Shown here: piece by piece, positions 41,660 to 51,532 of the stretch
Numbering within the stretch: position 1 is the stretch's first letter
Layout: the number at the start of each line of letters is the position of its first letter
Sequence record: MK373775.1
Length of the DNA stretch: 64,000 nt
Origin: Escherichia phage vB_EcoM_WFK
Direction: 5' to 3' (one strand)
Program-made: the position numbers and the translations under genes
Notes under the pieces: model-generated
What the model saw: only the letters and a program-made list of their open reading frames with translations
Told to the model about the DNA's origin: nothing
Databases searched by the model: none

Positions 41660-41721
41660 TTTATTCTCCTTCACTTTTGATTTGATAGGGCTACTATAAC
41701 ATAACCCTATCTGATTGTACA

Positions 41722-42114
41722 CTACTTTTTAAAAGTTTTTTGCAAAAGTTCGATGATTTCGTCGACGTTGGTTTCATCTACGATACAATGGATTTTTGTT
41801 ACACCTAAAGCTATACCTTCGTTAGTAGGTTGAGGCTTTACTATATCTACCTCAGTAAAGTATTTGAACTCGTCAGGATAAATCTCAAAATAAGTTTCAA
41901 TTTCACCACCGGCAGAACATACAGTACCATCTTCCATAGTTACACTTACTACGTTTGACGTATCGCTATCATAATCAGGTTCCATTCCGTTTACAACAAA
42001 ACTAGGCCCGTGAAGTTCAATCAATTTTAACATCTTAGCGTTATTGTGTGGTGCTTCTTGAACAAAGTCATCTTTAAATAAAGGGTTAATGATATAAGAT
42101 TTTCCGATTTCCAT
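41722..42114 (-). CDS. Hypothetical protein (frd.x position)
   Basis: 130 aa; early promoter and conserved leader upstream. Confidence 0.45.
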   Translation of the reverse strand: MEIGKSYIINPLFKDDFVQEAPHNNAKMLKLIELHGPSFVVNGMEPDYDSDTSNVVSVTMEDGTVCSAGGEIETYFEIYPDEFKYFTEVDIVKPQPTNEGIALGVTKIHCIVDETNVDEIIELLQKTFKK

Positions 42115-42143
42115 TTTGATTTCCTCATGTTGTTGATAGGTCT

Positions 42144-42173
42144 ATACTAACACATCCAGGGAAGAAGTAAACA
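42144..42173 (-). promoter_or_regulatory. T4 early-type promoter with a conserved leader upstream of the 130-aa ORF
   Basis: Minus strand reads GTTTAC, 17 nt, TAGTAT, then ATCAACAACATGAGGAAA. Confidence 0.45.
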
Positions 42174-42195
42174 ACTTTTTCGGCAATTTACAGAT

Positions 42196-42222
42196 ACTCA
42201 AAAGGGAGACCGAAGTCTCCCA
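42196..42222 (-). terminator. Rho-independent terminator after gene 32 (GGGAGAC-UUCG-GUCUCCC plus T-run)
   Basis: Perfect hairpin then TTTTGAGTAT on the minus strand. Confidence 0.6.
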
Positions 42223-42227
42223 ATTTA

Positions 42228-43130
42228 TTATAAACCAGCTAACAGGTCATCGAGGTCGCCATCATCAGAGGATGAGGTAGAGCTCATGAAGTCATCTTCA
42301 GTTTTTGCAGAACTAAAGGCTTCCATGTCTTTATCAAAATCGTCAAGGTCAGAAGCAACTTTATCTGCAACAGAAGCTGCTGCGGCTGCTGCACCACCAA
42401 GAGCGGCAGTACCAAGAACCTTAGCGAAAGATTCATTTAATTTTTCAAAGGATTTGAACTGGTCTTTAGCCGTCAAAGTAGTAAGGTCTACCATCTGGTC
42501 ATATAGTTCTTTCTGGAATGCTTCATCATTAATACGAGGAATTTCAGATTGACCCAAGAATTTAGATTCGTCATAGTTGCTAAAACCGGAAACCTGCTTA
42601 GCTTTCAGAACGAAGTTGGCACCTTCAAACGGACAAGTAACATCAACTGGAGTTTCACCCATTTCGGTATCAACAGCAATCATTGCATTGATTTTGTCCC
42701 AAATCTTTTTACCGAAACGATATTTAAATACTTTACCTTCGTTATCTGGAGCTTGAGGGTCTTTAACAACCAGAATATTAGCCCAATAAGAAGTTTTACG
42801 TTTCAGTTGAGAATATTCATTTTTGTTGGTATTGTACAGGTCATTTTTACTAATGTACTGACATACAGGACAAGAGTCATAATCACCATGTGTAGAAGAG
42901 CAATTTTCAATATACCATTTACCATTTTTCTTGAAACCGTGGTTAACAAGAATTGCAAATGGTAGTGCATCATCAGTTTTTGCTGGCAAGAAACGAATTA
43001 CCGCTTGACCATTACCGGATGCATCTAGCTTCAGCTTCCATTCGCCTTTATCTTCTGAAGAGAAACCTTTGTTACCATTCAGTTTAGCCATTTGAGCAGC
43101 GAGGTCAGCAGTAGATTTACGTTTAAACAT
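42228..43130 (-). CDS. 32: Single-stranded DNA-binding protein gp32
   Basis: 300 aa, collinear with T4 gp32, acidic C-terminal tail. Confidence 0.95.
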   Translation of the reverse strand: MFKRKSTADLAAQMAKLNGNKGFSSEDKGEWKLKLDASGNGQAVIRFLPAKTDDALPFAILVNHGFKKNGKWYIENCSSTHGDYDSCPVCQYISKNDLYNTNKNEYSQLKRKTSYWANILVVKDPQAPDNEGKVFKYRFGKKIWDKINAMIAVDTEMGETPVDVTCPFEGANFVLKAKQVSGFSNYDESKFLGQSEIPRINDEAFQKELYDQMVDLTTLTAKDQFKSFEKLNESFAKVLGTAALGGAAAAAASVADKVASDLDDFDKDMEAFSSAKTEDDFMSSTSSSDDGDLDDLLAGL

Positions 43131-43248
43131 GGATTATTACCTTTTATTTAGATTATTTAATTTATTTACAGTTGGTTGCTACGACACTTATACCTCGTAG
43201 CTGGTATGTTTTATTTATACGGTAATTCTAACACAGATAAAATAAAGC

Positions 43249-43902
43249 TTAATACTTACATGATTTGATTGTTTCTATGAACAATTTCTTAGCAGCATTT
43301 CCATCGATTTGAAGTATTTTTCGATATGCCTTTAATTTGATAGAATAATTTTGCCAGACTAAGTTATCGGTGAGTTCGTCGTGCTTATTTATAATATTCA
43401 AAAACGAGTCCAACAATAAGAAAGTCTCAAATGAAATTATATTGCTTTGTAGCAATTTGAATATGTAGCTCGACTGAACGTTGTTATTATAATCAAATAT
43501 CTCTTGAAGCGCACTAACTTCAACTTTCTTACTGAAATAGTAGATGTTGCGTACGTCTTCAGCAAACGTCTCTTTAGCTTGTTTGAGACGTCCAATATAT
43601 TCCCTATAGAAAACTAATGCATCAGCGTCTGATATCTCACCAATCCATGCGTCTTGGTTAGCAACTAAGTTGCTTATGAATATCAAGGTGAGTTCCTTCA
43701 ATTTATATTTCTCTGCTAGTTTTTCAAAGAAATATTTATCTCGGCGTTTTTGATACGCATTATCCGAAACACGCATGCACCAGTTATATTTGATTACGTC
43801 ATACCGACCATTAAAATGTTGTTTGCACATCAAGTATAGTTTGTATACCGATTTTCCGTTAATATAACGTTCTCCATCAGGAGGCATGCGTATTTTAATC
43901 AT
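43249..43902 (-). CDS. 59: Helicase loader gp59
   Basis: 217 aa, same length as and near-identical to T4 gp59. Confidence 0.93.
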   Translation of the reverse strand: MIKIRMPPDGERYINGKSVYKLYLMCKQHFNGRYDVIKYNWCMRVSDNAYQKRRDKYFFEKLAEKYKLKELTLIFISNLVANQDAWIGEISDADALVFYREYIGRLKQAKETFAEDVRNIYYFSKKVEVSALQEIFDYNNNVQSSYIFKLLQSNIISFETFLLLDSFLNIINKHDELTDNLVWQNYSIKLKAYRKILQIDGNAAKKLFIETIKSCKY

Positions 43903-44237
43903 AATAAGAAATCTAACGTATTAGTTTTTTCACCACGAGCAACTGATGGGCGAAGCATGTTTTCGTCAATTGCTTCGCTTGTAATTTTTTCAACAATTCC
44001 TGTAGGAATAAATTTAGCAAATTGTGTTTCTGGAATAGAATTTTCTTCCAAGAAAGCAGTTGTTGCTTCTAAATAAGACATACCAAATTGTTCAACCATG
44101 GATTCGATAATGAATCCGTTTTCTTGTCGGTCAAGCAATTTAGCGATATCATCTTTATCGTGTTTTACTGCTAATTCTTGTTCAGATAAACCGGCCTCAT
44201 CAACCGGTTTAATATCACTTAGTGAAAACTGTGTCAT
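43899..44237 (-). CDS. 33: Late transcription co-activator gp33
   Basis: 112 aa, same length as T4 gp33; 4-nt overlap with 59. Confidence 0.8.
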   Translation of the reverse strand: MTQFSLSDIKPVDEAGLSEQELAVKHDKDDIAKLLDRQENGFIIESMVEQFGMSYLEATTAFLEENSIPETQFAKFIPTGIVEKITSEAIDENMLRPSVARGEKTNTLDFLL

Positions 44238-44484
44238 AAAGCTCGACTACCTCTTCATTTTCAGCTTCAAATTGATCACGAGCGTCTTTATGATAAAGAG
44301 CTAACAAACGATTAAACATTTTTCCATCGACACCAAGCTCTTCTTTAGCACGAGTACGAATGTCTTTAATCAGTTCATTATAACCAGAAATTTTAAGTTT
44401 GTTATCGGAAGCTTCCTTGACTAGTTTAGCCAGTTCTTCACCGTGCACATCTTGATTAAATTCAACTGCTTCTTTCTTAGCCAT
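44215..44484 (-). CDS. dsbA: DsbA double-stranded DNA-binding protein; start set to the internal ATG
   Basis: 89 aa from MAKKEAVEF, matching the T4 DsbA length. Confidence 0.65.
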   Translation of the reverse strand: MAKKEAVEFNQDVHGEELAKLVKEASDNKLKISGYNELIKDIRTRAKEELGVDGKMFNRLLALYHKDARDQFEAENEEVVELYDTVFTK

Positions 44485-44491
44485 GTTTACC

Positions 44492-45409
44492 TCAGAATTC
44501 ATTAATTACACTTGTTAATTTAGAAAGACCAGATTTTACAAAGTATGAATAAATCTTGCCTTTAGGTTGTTGTTTATATGAGTTATAATACTCTATAATG
44601 GTTGAAGCAATATTATCAGGGATATAATCAAAATCAATGAGAACCAAATTTTCTTGATACCGTTTATATTCTTCAGCACTTAATAATACTTCAGCTTGAG
44701 AACGGTCATTGGCAATTGCTTCAATAATCGATGTTTTCATACTCGGAGTTCGTTCACCATCAACTCTGGTAAACCAGAAGTCGCCACGAACTCGAACAGA
44801 TGCAACACCATCCTTACGGTCACCTTTAAGAATTTTAGTCATGCAATCAATTTCAGCAGAACCATTCTTAATTTTAACCCATTTTTTCTGTGGTGGCGAC
44901 CACTGTTTAACGTTAGGATATTTGTGTAATTGTGTAAAGTCACCATCTGATGCAACAATACATACTTTATGTCCAGCTAATGACAAATATTTAGTTAATA
45001 CACCGATATGGTCATCCGCTTCATACTTGTCAATATCCATTACAACGTATGGCATGTATTTCTTAATCTCATCAACAACTTGATGGAGTGCAGTAAAATA
45101 TCCTTCCCAATCCCACTTTGAAGCTTCACGATCGGTTTTACGATTTTTCTTGTAATAGTAAGCAAAGTCACGACGCCAATAACCCGAAGTAGCATTATCC
45201 ATACACAATACAAATTTTGTATAGCCTTGCTTACGGAACATCACTACGTTTTTACGAATTGAATTCAAGATTACATGGCGAACCATCGGAACGGTAATTT
45301 TATCGCCGTCTTCAAAGTTGTTTAATGCGGCTGCCAATGCAATGTTACTAAAGTCAGCAAGTGCAATACCTTCTTTGTAATCTTCATCCAACATCATTTC
45401 TAAATCCAT
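44492..45409 (-). CDS. rnh: RNase H (5'-3' exonuclease, FEN-1 family)
   Basis: 305 aa, same length as T4 RNase H. Confidence 0.93.
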   Translation of the reverse strand: MDLEMMLDEDYKEGIALADFSNIALAAALNNFEDGDKITVPMVRHVILNSIRKNVVMFRKQGYTKFVLCMDNATSGYWRRDFAYYYKKNRKTDREASKWDWEGYFTALHQVVDEIKKYMPYVVMDIDKYEADDHIGVLTKYLSLAGHKVCIVASDGDFTQLHKYPNVKQWSPPQKKWVKIKNGSAEIDCMTKILKGDRKDGVASVRVRGDFWFTRVDGERTPSMKTSIIEAIANDRSQAEVLLSAEEYKRYQENLVLIDFDYIPDNIASTIIEYYNSYKQQPKGKIYSYFVKSGLSKLTSVINEF

Positions 45410-45486
45410 ATGAACCTCTTGTTCAGTTAGTCAACTTGTCTATAGTAACACACTCATTTGAAAGCGTAAATAGTCTTTTACTCATT

Positions 45487-45494
45487 TATAAATA
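45487..45494 (+). promoter_or_regulatory. T4-type late promoter (TATAAATA) upstream of gene 34
   Basis: Exact TATAAATA 35 nt upstream of the gene 34 ATG. Confidence 0.5.
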
Positions 45495-45528
45495 GTAAAA
45501 TAGAACACATAATGATAAGAGGACTACC

Positions 45529-48500
45529 ATGGTTGACATCAAACGTAAGTTCAGGGCCGAAGATGGTCTTGATGCAGGCGGTGATAAGATAGTTAACGTT
45601 GCGCTTGCCGACCGCACAGTTGGCACCGATGGCGTGAACGTTGACTTTTTGGTGCAAGAAAACACCGTACAGAATTATGACGATACGCGCGCGTATACAA
45701 AAGATTTTATTGTTCTTTATAATAATCGTTTTTATCAAGCTTTAAGCGATATTCCAGCTCCGGCAGGCCCTTTCTCTTTGGTTAAATGGAAGGCAACTCG
45801 TGCAGATGCAGAATGGATTACAGTTCAAGGCGGAGATTTCCAATTATCAGTAGGTAACTCTATTGCGGTTGATACTTCAGCTGGCACTGATATTAATTTC
45901 ACTTTGCCTCAAAATCCTTTAGATGGCGATACAGTTATTTTGTCTGATATTGGCGGTAGAGTAGGCTATGTAAAAGTTCAAATTACGGCAGAGGCTCAAA
46001 GTATTGTAAACTTTAGAGGACAACAGGTTCGTTCAGTTTTAATGACGCACCCAAAATCTAAAATGGTCTTCATTTTTAGCAACCGCCTATGGCAAATGTA
46101 TGTTTCTGATTACGAACGTAATGCAGTCACAGTAACTCCTGCTACGCCATATCAAGCACAACCTAATGATTTTATCATTCGACGTTTTACATCAGCCGCT
46201 CCTATTAATATTACATTGCCTCGTAATGCTAATAATGGCGATATTATTAATTTAGTGGATTTAGACAAATTAAACCCATTATATCACACAATTGTCAAAA
46301 CTTACGATGATACAACTTCTATACGAGAAGCTGGTGTTCATGTAGCAGAAGGACGTAATTTTGCTGATGCTCTTTTTATTTTTGATGCAGCATCTAGTTT
46401 GTGGAGAGTTTGGGAAGGTGACCAGAAATCTCGTTTACGTATAGTTCGTAATGATACTGATTTACGCCCTAATGAAGAAGTTCTTGTTTTTGGAACTGAT
46501 AATAATACAATCTCGACGGTAAATCTTACTTTGCCTACAGATATTTTGTCTGGCGATACTGTTAAAATATCGTTGAATTATATGCGTAAAGGGCAAACTG
46601 TAAAAATTAAAGCTGCTGAAGGCGATACAATTGCTAGCAGTATTTCTTTATTACAGTTCCCAAAACGTTCGGAGTATCCACCTGATGCACAATGGGTTTC
46701 TGTTAGTGAGCTGGAATTTAATGGCGATACTTCGTATGTACCTGTACTTGAGTTAGCTTATATAGAAGATTATTCATCTGAAACAAAATATTGGGTAGTT
46801 CAACAAAACACTGTAACCGTCGAACGAGTCGATGCATCGAGCAATACAACTCGAGCTCGTTTAGGTGTTATTGCTCTTGCTTCTCAAGCGCAAGCAAATG
46901 TTGATTTAGAAAATGCTCCTGGTAAAGAACTGGCTATTACTCCGGAAACATTAGCAAATCGTACAGCAACTGAAACTCGTCGTGGTATTGCTCGTATTGC
47001 AACAACTGCACAAGTTAACCAGAATACCGATTTTGCATTCCAAGACGACTTGATTATTTCTCCTAAGAAATTGAACGAACGTACAGCAACTGAAACCCGT
47101 AGAGGTGTTGCTGAAGTTGCAACTCAGGCTGAAACTAATGCTGGAACAGATGATACCACTATTATTACTCCTAAGAAATTGGATGCCCGTCAAGGTTCTG
47201 AAGTTTTATCTGGTATTGTAAAATACACATCTACGACTGGTACTACAGCTGCTACTATTCGTGGTAATGCTGGGACTAACGTTTATAACAAAGCCGTAGA
47301 TAATTTAACTATTTCTCCAAAGGCCCTTGACCAATATAAAGCTACCCCTACTCAGCAGGGTGCAGTAATTCTTGCTATTGAAAGCGAAGTTATCGCTGGC
47401 GAATCACAAGCTGGTTGGGCTAATGCTGTAGTGACCCCTGAAACTCTGCATAAGAAAACTTCTACTGATGGACGTATTGGTTTAATTGAAATTGCTACGC
47501 AAGCAGAAACTAACACTGGAACTGATTATACTAGAGCAGTAACGCCTAAGACGTTAAATGATAGGAAAGCTACGGAAGGATTATCTGGCATAGCCGAAAT
47601 TGCTACGCAAGTTGAATTTGATACTGGAACTGACGATACTCGTATCTCGTCTCCACTGAAAATTAAAACTCATTTTGATTCTTCTGACCGTACCAGTGTT
47701 AATTCTGATTCCGGACTTATTGAAGAAGGAACCTTGTGGAACCATTATACTCTTGATATTTCTAAAGCAAATGAAACACAACGTGGTACACTTCGTGTAG
47801 CGACCCAAGCTGAATCTAATGCAGGAACTTTAGATGACGTTCTTATTACTCCTAAAAAGCTTTTAGGGACTAAGTCCACTGAAACGTCTGAAGGCGTAAT
47901 TAAGGTTGCTACTCAGGCTGAAACTGTAACAGGAACTTCTGCTAATACTGCTGTATCTCCTAAGAATTTAAAATGGATTGTTCAATCAGAACCATCATGG
48001 ACTGCTACTACGGCAATTCGTGGATTCGTTAAAACTTCATCTGGTTCTATTACATTTGTTGGTAATGATACAGTTGGTTCAACACAATCTTTAGAATCAT
48101 ATGAGAAAAATAGCTATGCGGTATCACCATATGAATTAAACCGTGTACTTGCTAACTACTTACCGTTGAAAGCTAAAGCAGCTGATAGTAATTTGTTAGA
48201 TGGTCTAGATTCTCTTCAGTTCATCCGTAGAGACATCGACCAGACGGTTAATGGTTCTTTAAGTCTTACTAAACAGACCAACCTGAGTGCTCCTTTAGTA
48301 TCTACAAGCACTGCTTCTTTTGGTTCCGAAGCATCTGTTACTCGTAGATTAACTCTTAATGACTCTAGCGGTTCCGAAATATTTTTCACTAAAGGAACCC
48401 AATCTCTTAGTAATAAAGAGAATTTCGTTGTTAGAGCATGGGGCAATAGCGCTACAGATGGTGCCCGTGATACAGTATTTGAAGCGGGTGACGAAACCGG

Positions 48501-49158
48501 ATACCATTTCTATTCTCAGCGCGCTGCTGATAATAAAGTATCATTTAATATTAATGGAACACTTTATTCAACAGGTATTGTTTCTACAAATGGATTAAAT
48601 GTTACAGGTGTTTCTACCTTTACAGGGCCTATTAGTGCTACAGGCGAAATTGTTTCTAGTTCTCCTATTGCATTCAGAGCTATTAATGGTAACTATGGTG
48701 TTATGCTTTATAATGCTGGTAACAGTTCTTATATTGCATTAACTAACTCAGGTGACCAGACCGGGACGTTTAATAACTTACGCCCGATCACGATTAACAA
48801 CGCCACAGGCTTAGTTCGTCTTGACAATGGTGTTCAAATCACGAGTGGTGCAACAATAACTACCGGTGGGTTAACTGTAAATAACAGAATTATTTCTAAC
48901 GGCGTTAAAACCGCCACTGTTTATACCGATAAACCAACAGCTTCTACTGTAGGTTTTTGGTCTATTGACATTAACGATTCTGCTGTATATAGCCAATTCC
49001 CTGGATACTGGACGCGTGATAACAAAGGTAACCGTGACCAAGAAATTAAATATCCTGGTACTTTGACTCAATTCGGCAATAGCTTAGATTCGCTTTATCA
49101 GGATTGGATTTGTTATCCTACAGGTGCAAATGGCGGTAGCATTCGATATACTCGTACC
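45529..49158 (+). CDS. 34: Long tail fibre proximal subunit gp34, 5' portion; the frame then runs into a non-phage insert
   Basis: First 1210 aa are collinear with T4 gp34; after ...GGSIRYTRT the frame enters an adapter sequence and stops at 49179. Confidence 0.9.
49104..49158 (+). repeat. 55-bp direct repeat, copy 1 (left junction of the insert in gene 34)
   Basis: Identical 55-mer TTGGATTTGTTATCC...CGTACC recurs at 49417..49471. Confidence 0.9.
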
Positions 49159-49416
49159 CTGTCTCTTATACACATCTGACGCTGCCGACGACCGATCTAG
49201 TGTAGATCCCGCTGGTCGCCGTATCATTAAAAAAAAAAAAGGGTATGAAGCGGTCACACTAAATATAACTTCGGCTGAAACAGATCATAAGCTGCATACG
49301 ATCGAACGTTGTCACAGAACGTAGTGGTGTACGTAGTATCAAAACTCGAAGCTACCACCACAACAACCTGCGCGACTAGTACACAGAACCACCTGCAAGA
49401 CACGGACGAGCGTAGT
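49159..49416. other. Non-phage insert: Illumina Nextera adapter read-through (Tn5 mosaic end, Read-1 adapter, index-like 8-mer, P5 complement, poly-A) plus about 176 bp of unassigned sequence
   Basis: 49159..49177 is CTGTCTCTTATACACATCT, then GACGCTGCCGACGA, CCGATCTA, a P5 reverse complement with 2 mismatches, and A12; removing 313 bp restores the gp34 frame. Confidence 0.9.
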
Positions 49417-49471
49417 TTGGATTTGTTATCCTACAGGTGCAAATGGCGGTAGCATTCGATATACTCGTACC
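49417..49471 (+). repeat. 55-bp direct repeat, copy 2 (right junction of the insert)
   Basis: Identical to 49104..49158. Confidence 0.9.
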
Positions 49472-49675
49472 TGGCAGAAAAATAAAGATGCTTGGACTTC
49501 ATTTGCAATGGTATTTGATAGTGGCAACCCACCTTCACCTAGCGATGTCGGTGCTATCCCATCTGATAATGCTGTTATTGGAAACCTTACTATTCGAGAC
49601 TTCTTACAATTAGGAAATGTGAGAATTGTTCCAGACCCGGTTAACAAAACAGTTAAATTTATATGGGTTGAATAA
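49418..49675 (+). CDS. 34: gp34 C-terminal portion, resuming in a shifted frame after the insert
   Basis: Translation ...RYTRTWQKNKDAWTSFAMVFDSGNPPSPSDVGAIPSDNAVIGNLTIRDFLQLGNVRIVPDPVNKTVKFIWVE* matches the gp34 C-terminus; no start codon of its own. Confidence 0.85.
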   Translation, partial: WICYPTGANGGSIRYTRTWQKNKDAWTSFAMVFDSGNPPSPSDVGAIPSDNAVIGNLTIRDFLQLGNVRIVPDPVNKTVKFIWVE

Positions 49676-49683
49676 GAGGTTAT

Positions 49684-50808
49684 ATGGAAAAATTTATGGC
49701 AAGGTTTGGACAGGGATACGTCCAAACGCCGTTTTTATCGGAAAGCAATTCAGTTAGATTTAAGCTAAGTATAGCGGGTTCATGCCCGCTTTCAACAACT
49801 AATCCGTATATTTTATTCCAAAATGAGCCTTTAGGGTTGCAGTCTTTTGGTATTGGACTAAATGTTAGGGTGATAAATCCGGAAAATGGAACTATAGTTG
49901 ATAGTAAATTATACAATTTTGCGCCTACAAATAATGCAACTTCAGCTGCATTTATTTCGTTTGTTAATACATACGCAGATAATTTCATTTTCGCATTTAT
50001 TTCCAATAACAAATTTAATTTGCCACCAGAAATAATTGAATGGTTTAAAGCTGCTGGGAGTTCAGTTATACCGTCAATTGAAGTTGCTAGTCTTGTTGAT
50101 ATTTCATATTCAGCGTTTTATGTTTCAGGTAAAAATACTATTGCATTAGAACACATAAAATACAGTAATAAGAAAACAATTTCTGATTACGCAACTCCAT
50201 TAGATATTGTATATGACTCTATTGCTGATATAGGTGCTACCGGCTATCCTAGACGTACATATGAAGCTCTAGAAACGTTTTTATCTCCTGTTGGAGGAAC
50301 TAACAATGAAATAAAAAGGATGCCTACATCATCCCTTGTTACTCCTATCGCAAACTATGGATTAAAGCCTACAGATTTTCTTTATTTGAAATTTCAATTA
50401 ATGGCTGATGAAGCATTACTAGAGGAAGGAACCGCAAGACTTTCAATTCGTTTCTTTAAGACTCCATCTAGCTCTCCTATATCATCTAAAGATATAAACT
50501 TTGATGGAACTGCTGGTGAATGGAAGTTATACGAAGAATATGTTGAAATACCAGCCGAAGCCGATGGCTTTACGGTATATTGTTACCGTACGGCCCCAGT
50601 CGGTCAAGGTGGACTAAGAAATGTTATTTTCACTGAAGTATCATGTAACGGAAGTATAGCAAAACCTGCTGAGTTTGGTATAAACGGTATTCGTGTTAAT
50701 TACATTGATGAATCATTAACCGGTAATGATATAATGGACTTGCCTACTCAGTTATCTAACGACACAGGTAAGGTATTTGGGCAGGAATTTAAAGAGTACA
50801 CAGAATAA
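49684..50808 (+). CDS. 35: Long tail fibre hinge connector gp35
   Basis: 374 aa; size and position as T4 gp35. Confidence 0.9.
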   Translation: MEKFMARFGQGYVQTPFLSESNSVRFKLSIAGSCPLSTTNPYILFQNEPLGLQSFGIGLNVRVINPENGTIVDSKLYNFAPTNNATSAAFISFVNTYADNFIFAFISNNKFNLPPEIIEWFKAAGSSVIPSIEVASLVDISYSAFYVSGKNTIALEHIKYSNKKTISDYATPLDIVYDSIADIGATGYPRRTYEALETFLSPVGGTNNEIKRMPTSSLVTPIANYGLKPTDFLYLKFQLMADEALLEEGTARLSIRFFKTPSSSPISSKDINFDGTAGEWKLYEEYVEIPAEADGFTVYCYRTAPVGQGGLRNVIFTEVSCNGSIAKPAEFGINGIRVNYIDESLTGNDIMDLPTQLSNDTGKVFGQEFKEYTE

Positions 50809-50830
50809 AGGAGACTTCGGTCTCCTTTTC
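50808..50830 (+). terminator. Hairpin terminator after gene 35 (GGAGAC-UUCG-GUCUCC plus T-run)
   Basis: Perfect stem with a UUCG loop followed by TTTT. Confidence 0.55.
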
Positions 50831-50833
50831 GCG

Positions 50834-50841
50834 TATAAATA
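50834..50841 (+). promoter_or_regulatory. T4-type late promoter (TATAAATA) upstream of gene 36
   Basis: Exact TATAAATA 27 nt upstream of the gene 36 ATG. Confidence 0.5.
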
Positions 50842-50867
50842 CTTTAATATTAATAAGGAGACACGAA

Positions 50868-51524
50868 ATGGCCGATTTAAAAGCCGGAAGTACAGTTGGT
50901 GGTTCCGTCATATGGCATCAAGGCAATTTTCCTTTAATGCCAGCTGGCGATGACATCCTATATAAAACATTTAAATTATACACCGAATATAACAAGCCAA
51001 AAGCGGCTGATAACGATTTCGTATCTAAAGCAAATGGTGGGACATATCTCAAAAAGGTAATCTTTAACGAAGGTGTTGCAGTCAAAACAGCAGATGACCA
51101 AACGAATGGCATTTTTTCTGGCGGTGGTGACGCCGCGACATTCGACCAAACAAACATGGATATTGTTTCGTGGTATGGTATTGGGTTTAAATCATCTCAA
51201 GGTACAGGTGAAAGAACTGTTGTAATTGATACTCGCACCGGTAATATAAGTTCTAAAGGCGTTATTGAAGCATCTCAATTCAGAGCCACAACGTTAGCAC
51301 CTTTAAATAATTACGACCTTACTCGCAAAGATTATGTTGATAGTCAAATAAATACAGTTAATGCTAATGCAAACAGTCGTGTACTCCGTTCAGGAGATAC
51401 GATGACCGGCGCGCTAACCGCCCCAAACTTTTTCTCACAGAATCCTGCATCTCAACCCTCGCATGTTCCACGATTTGACCAAATTGTTATTAAGGATTCT
51501 GTTCAAGATTTCGGCTATTATTAA
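50868..51524 (+). CDS. 36: Long tail fibre distal subunit gp36
   Basis: 218 aa; size and position as T4 gp36. Confidence 0.85.
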   Translation: MADLKAGSTVGGSVIWHQGNFPLMPAGDDILYKTFKLYTEYNKPKAADNDFVSKANGGTYLKKVIFNEGVAVKTADDQTNGIFSGGGDAATFDQTNMDIVSWYGIGFKSSQGTGERTVVIDTRTGNISSKGVIEASQFRATTLAPLNNYDLTRKDYVDSQINTVNANANSRVLRSGDTMTGALTAPNFFSQNPASQPSHVPRFDQIVIKDSVQDFGYY

Positions 51525-51532
51525 GAGGACTT

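Noticed and set aside
49426-49725. 99-aa minus-strand ORF and the 66-aa plus-strand ORF (49124..49324) in the gene 34 region
   Set aside because: Both exist only because of the adapter-containing insert; the minus ORF is antisense to the genuine gp34 C-terminal coding sequence and the plus ORF translates adapter and unassigned sequence.
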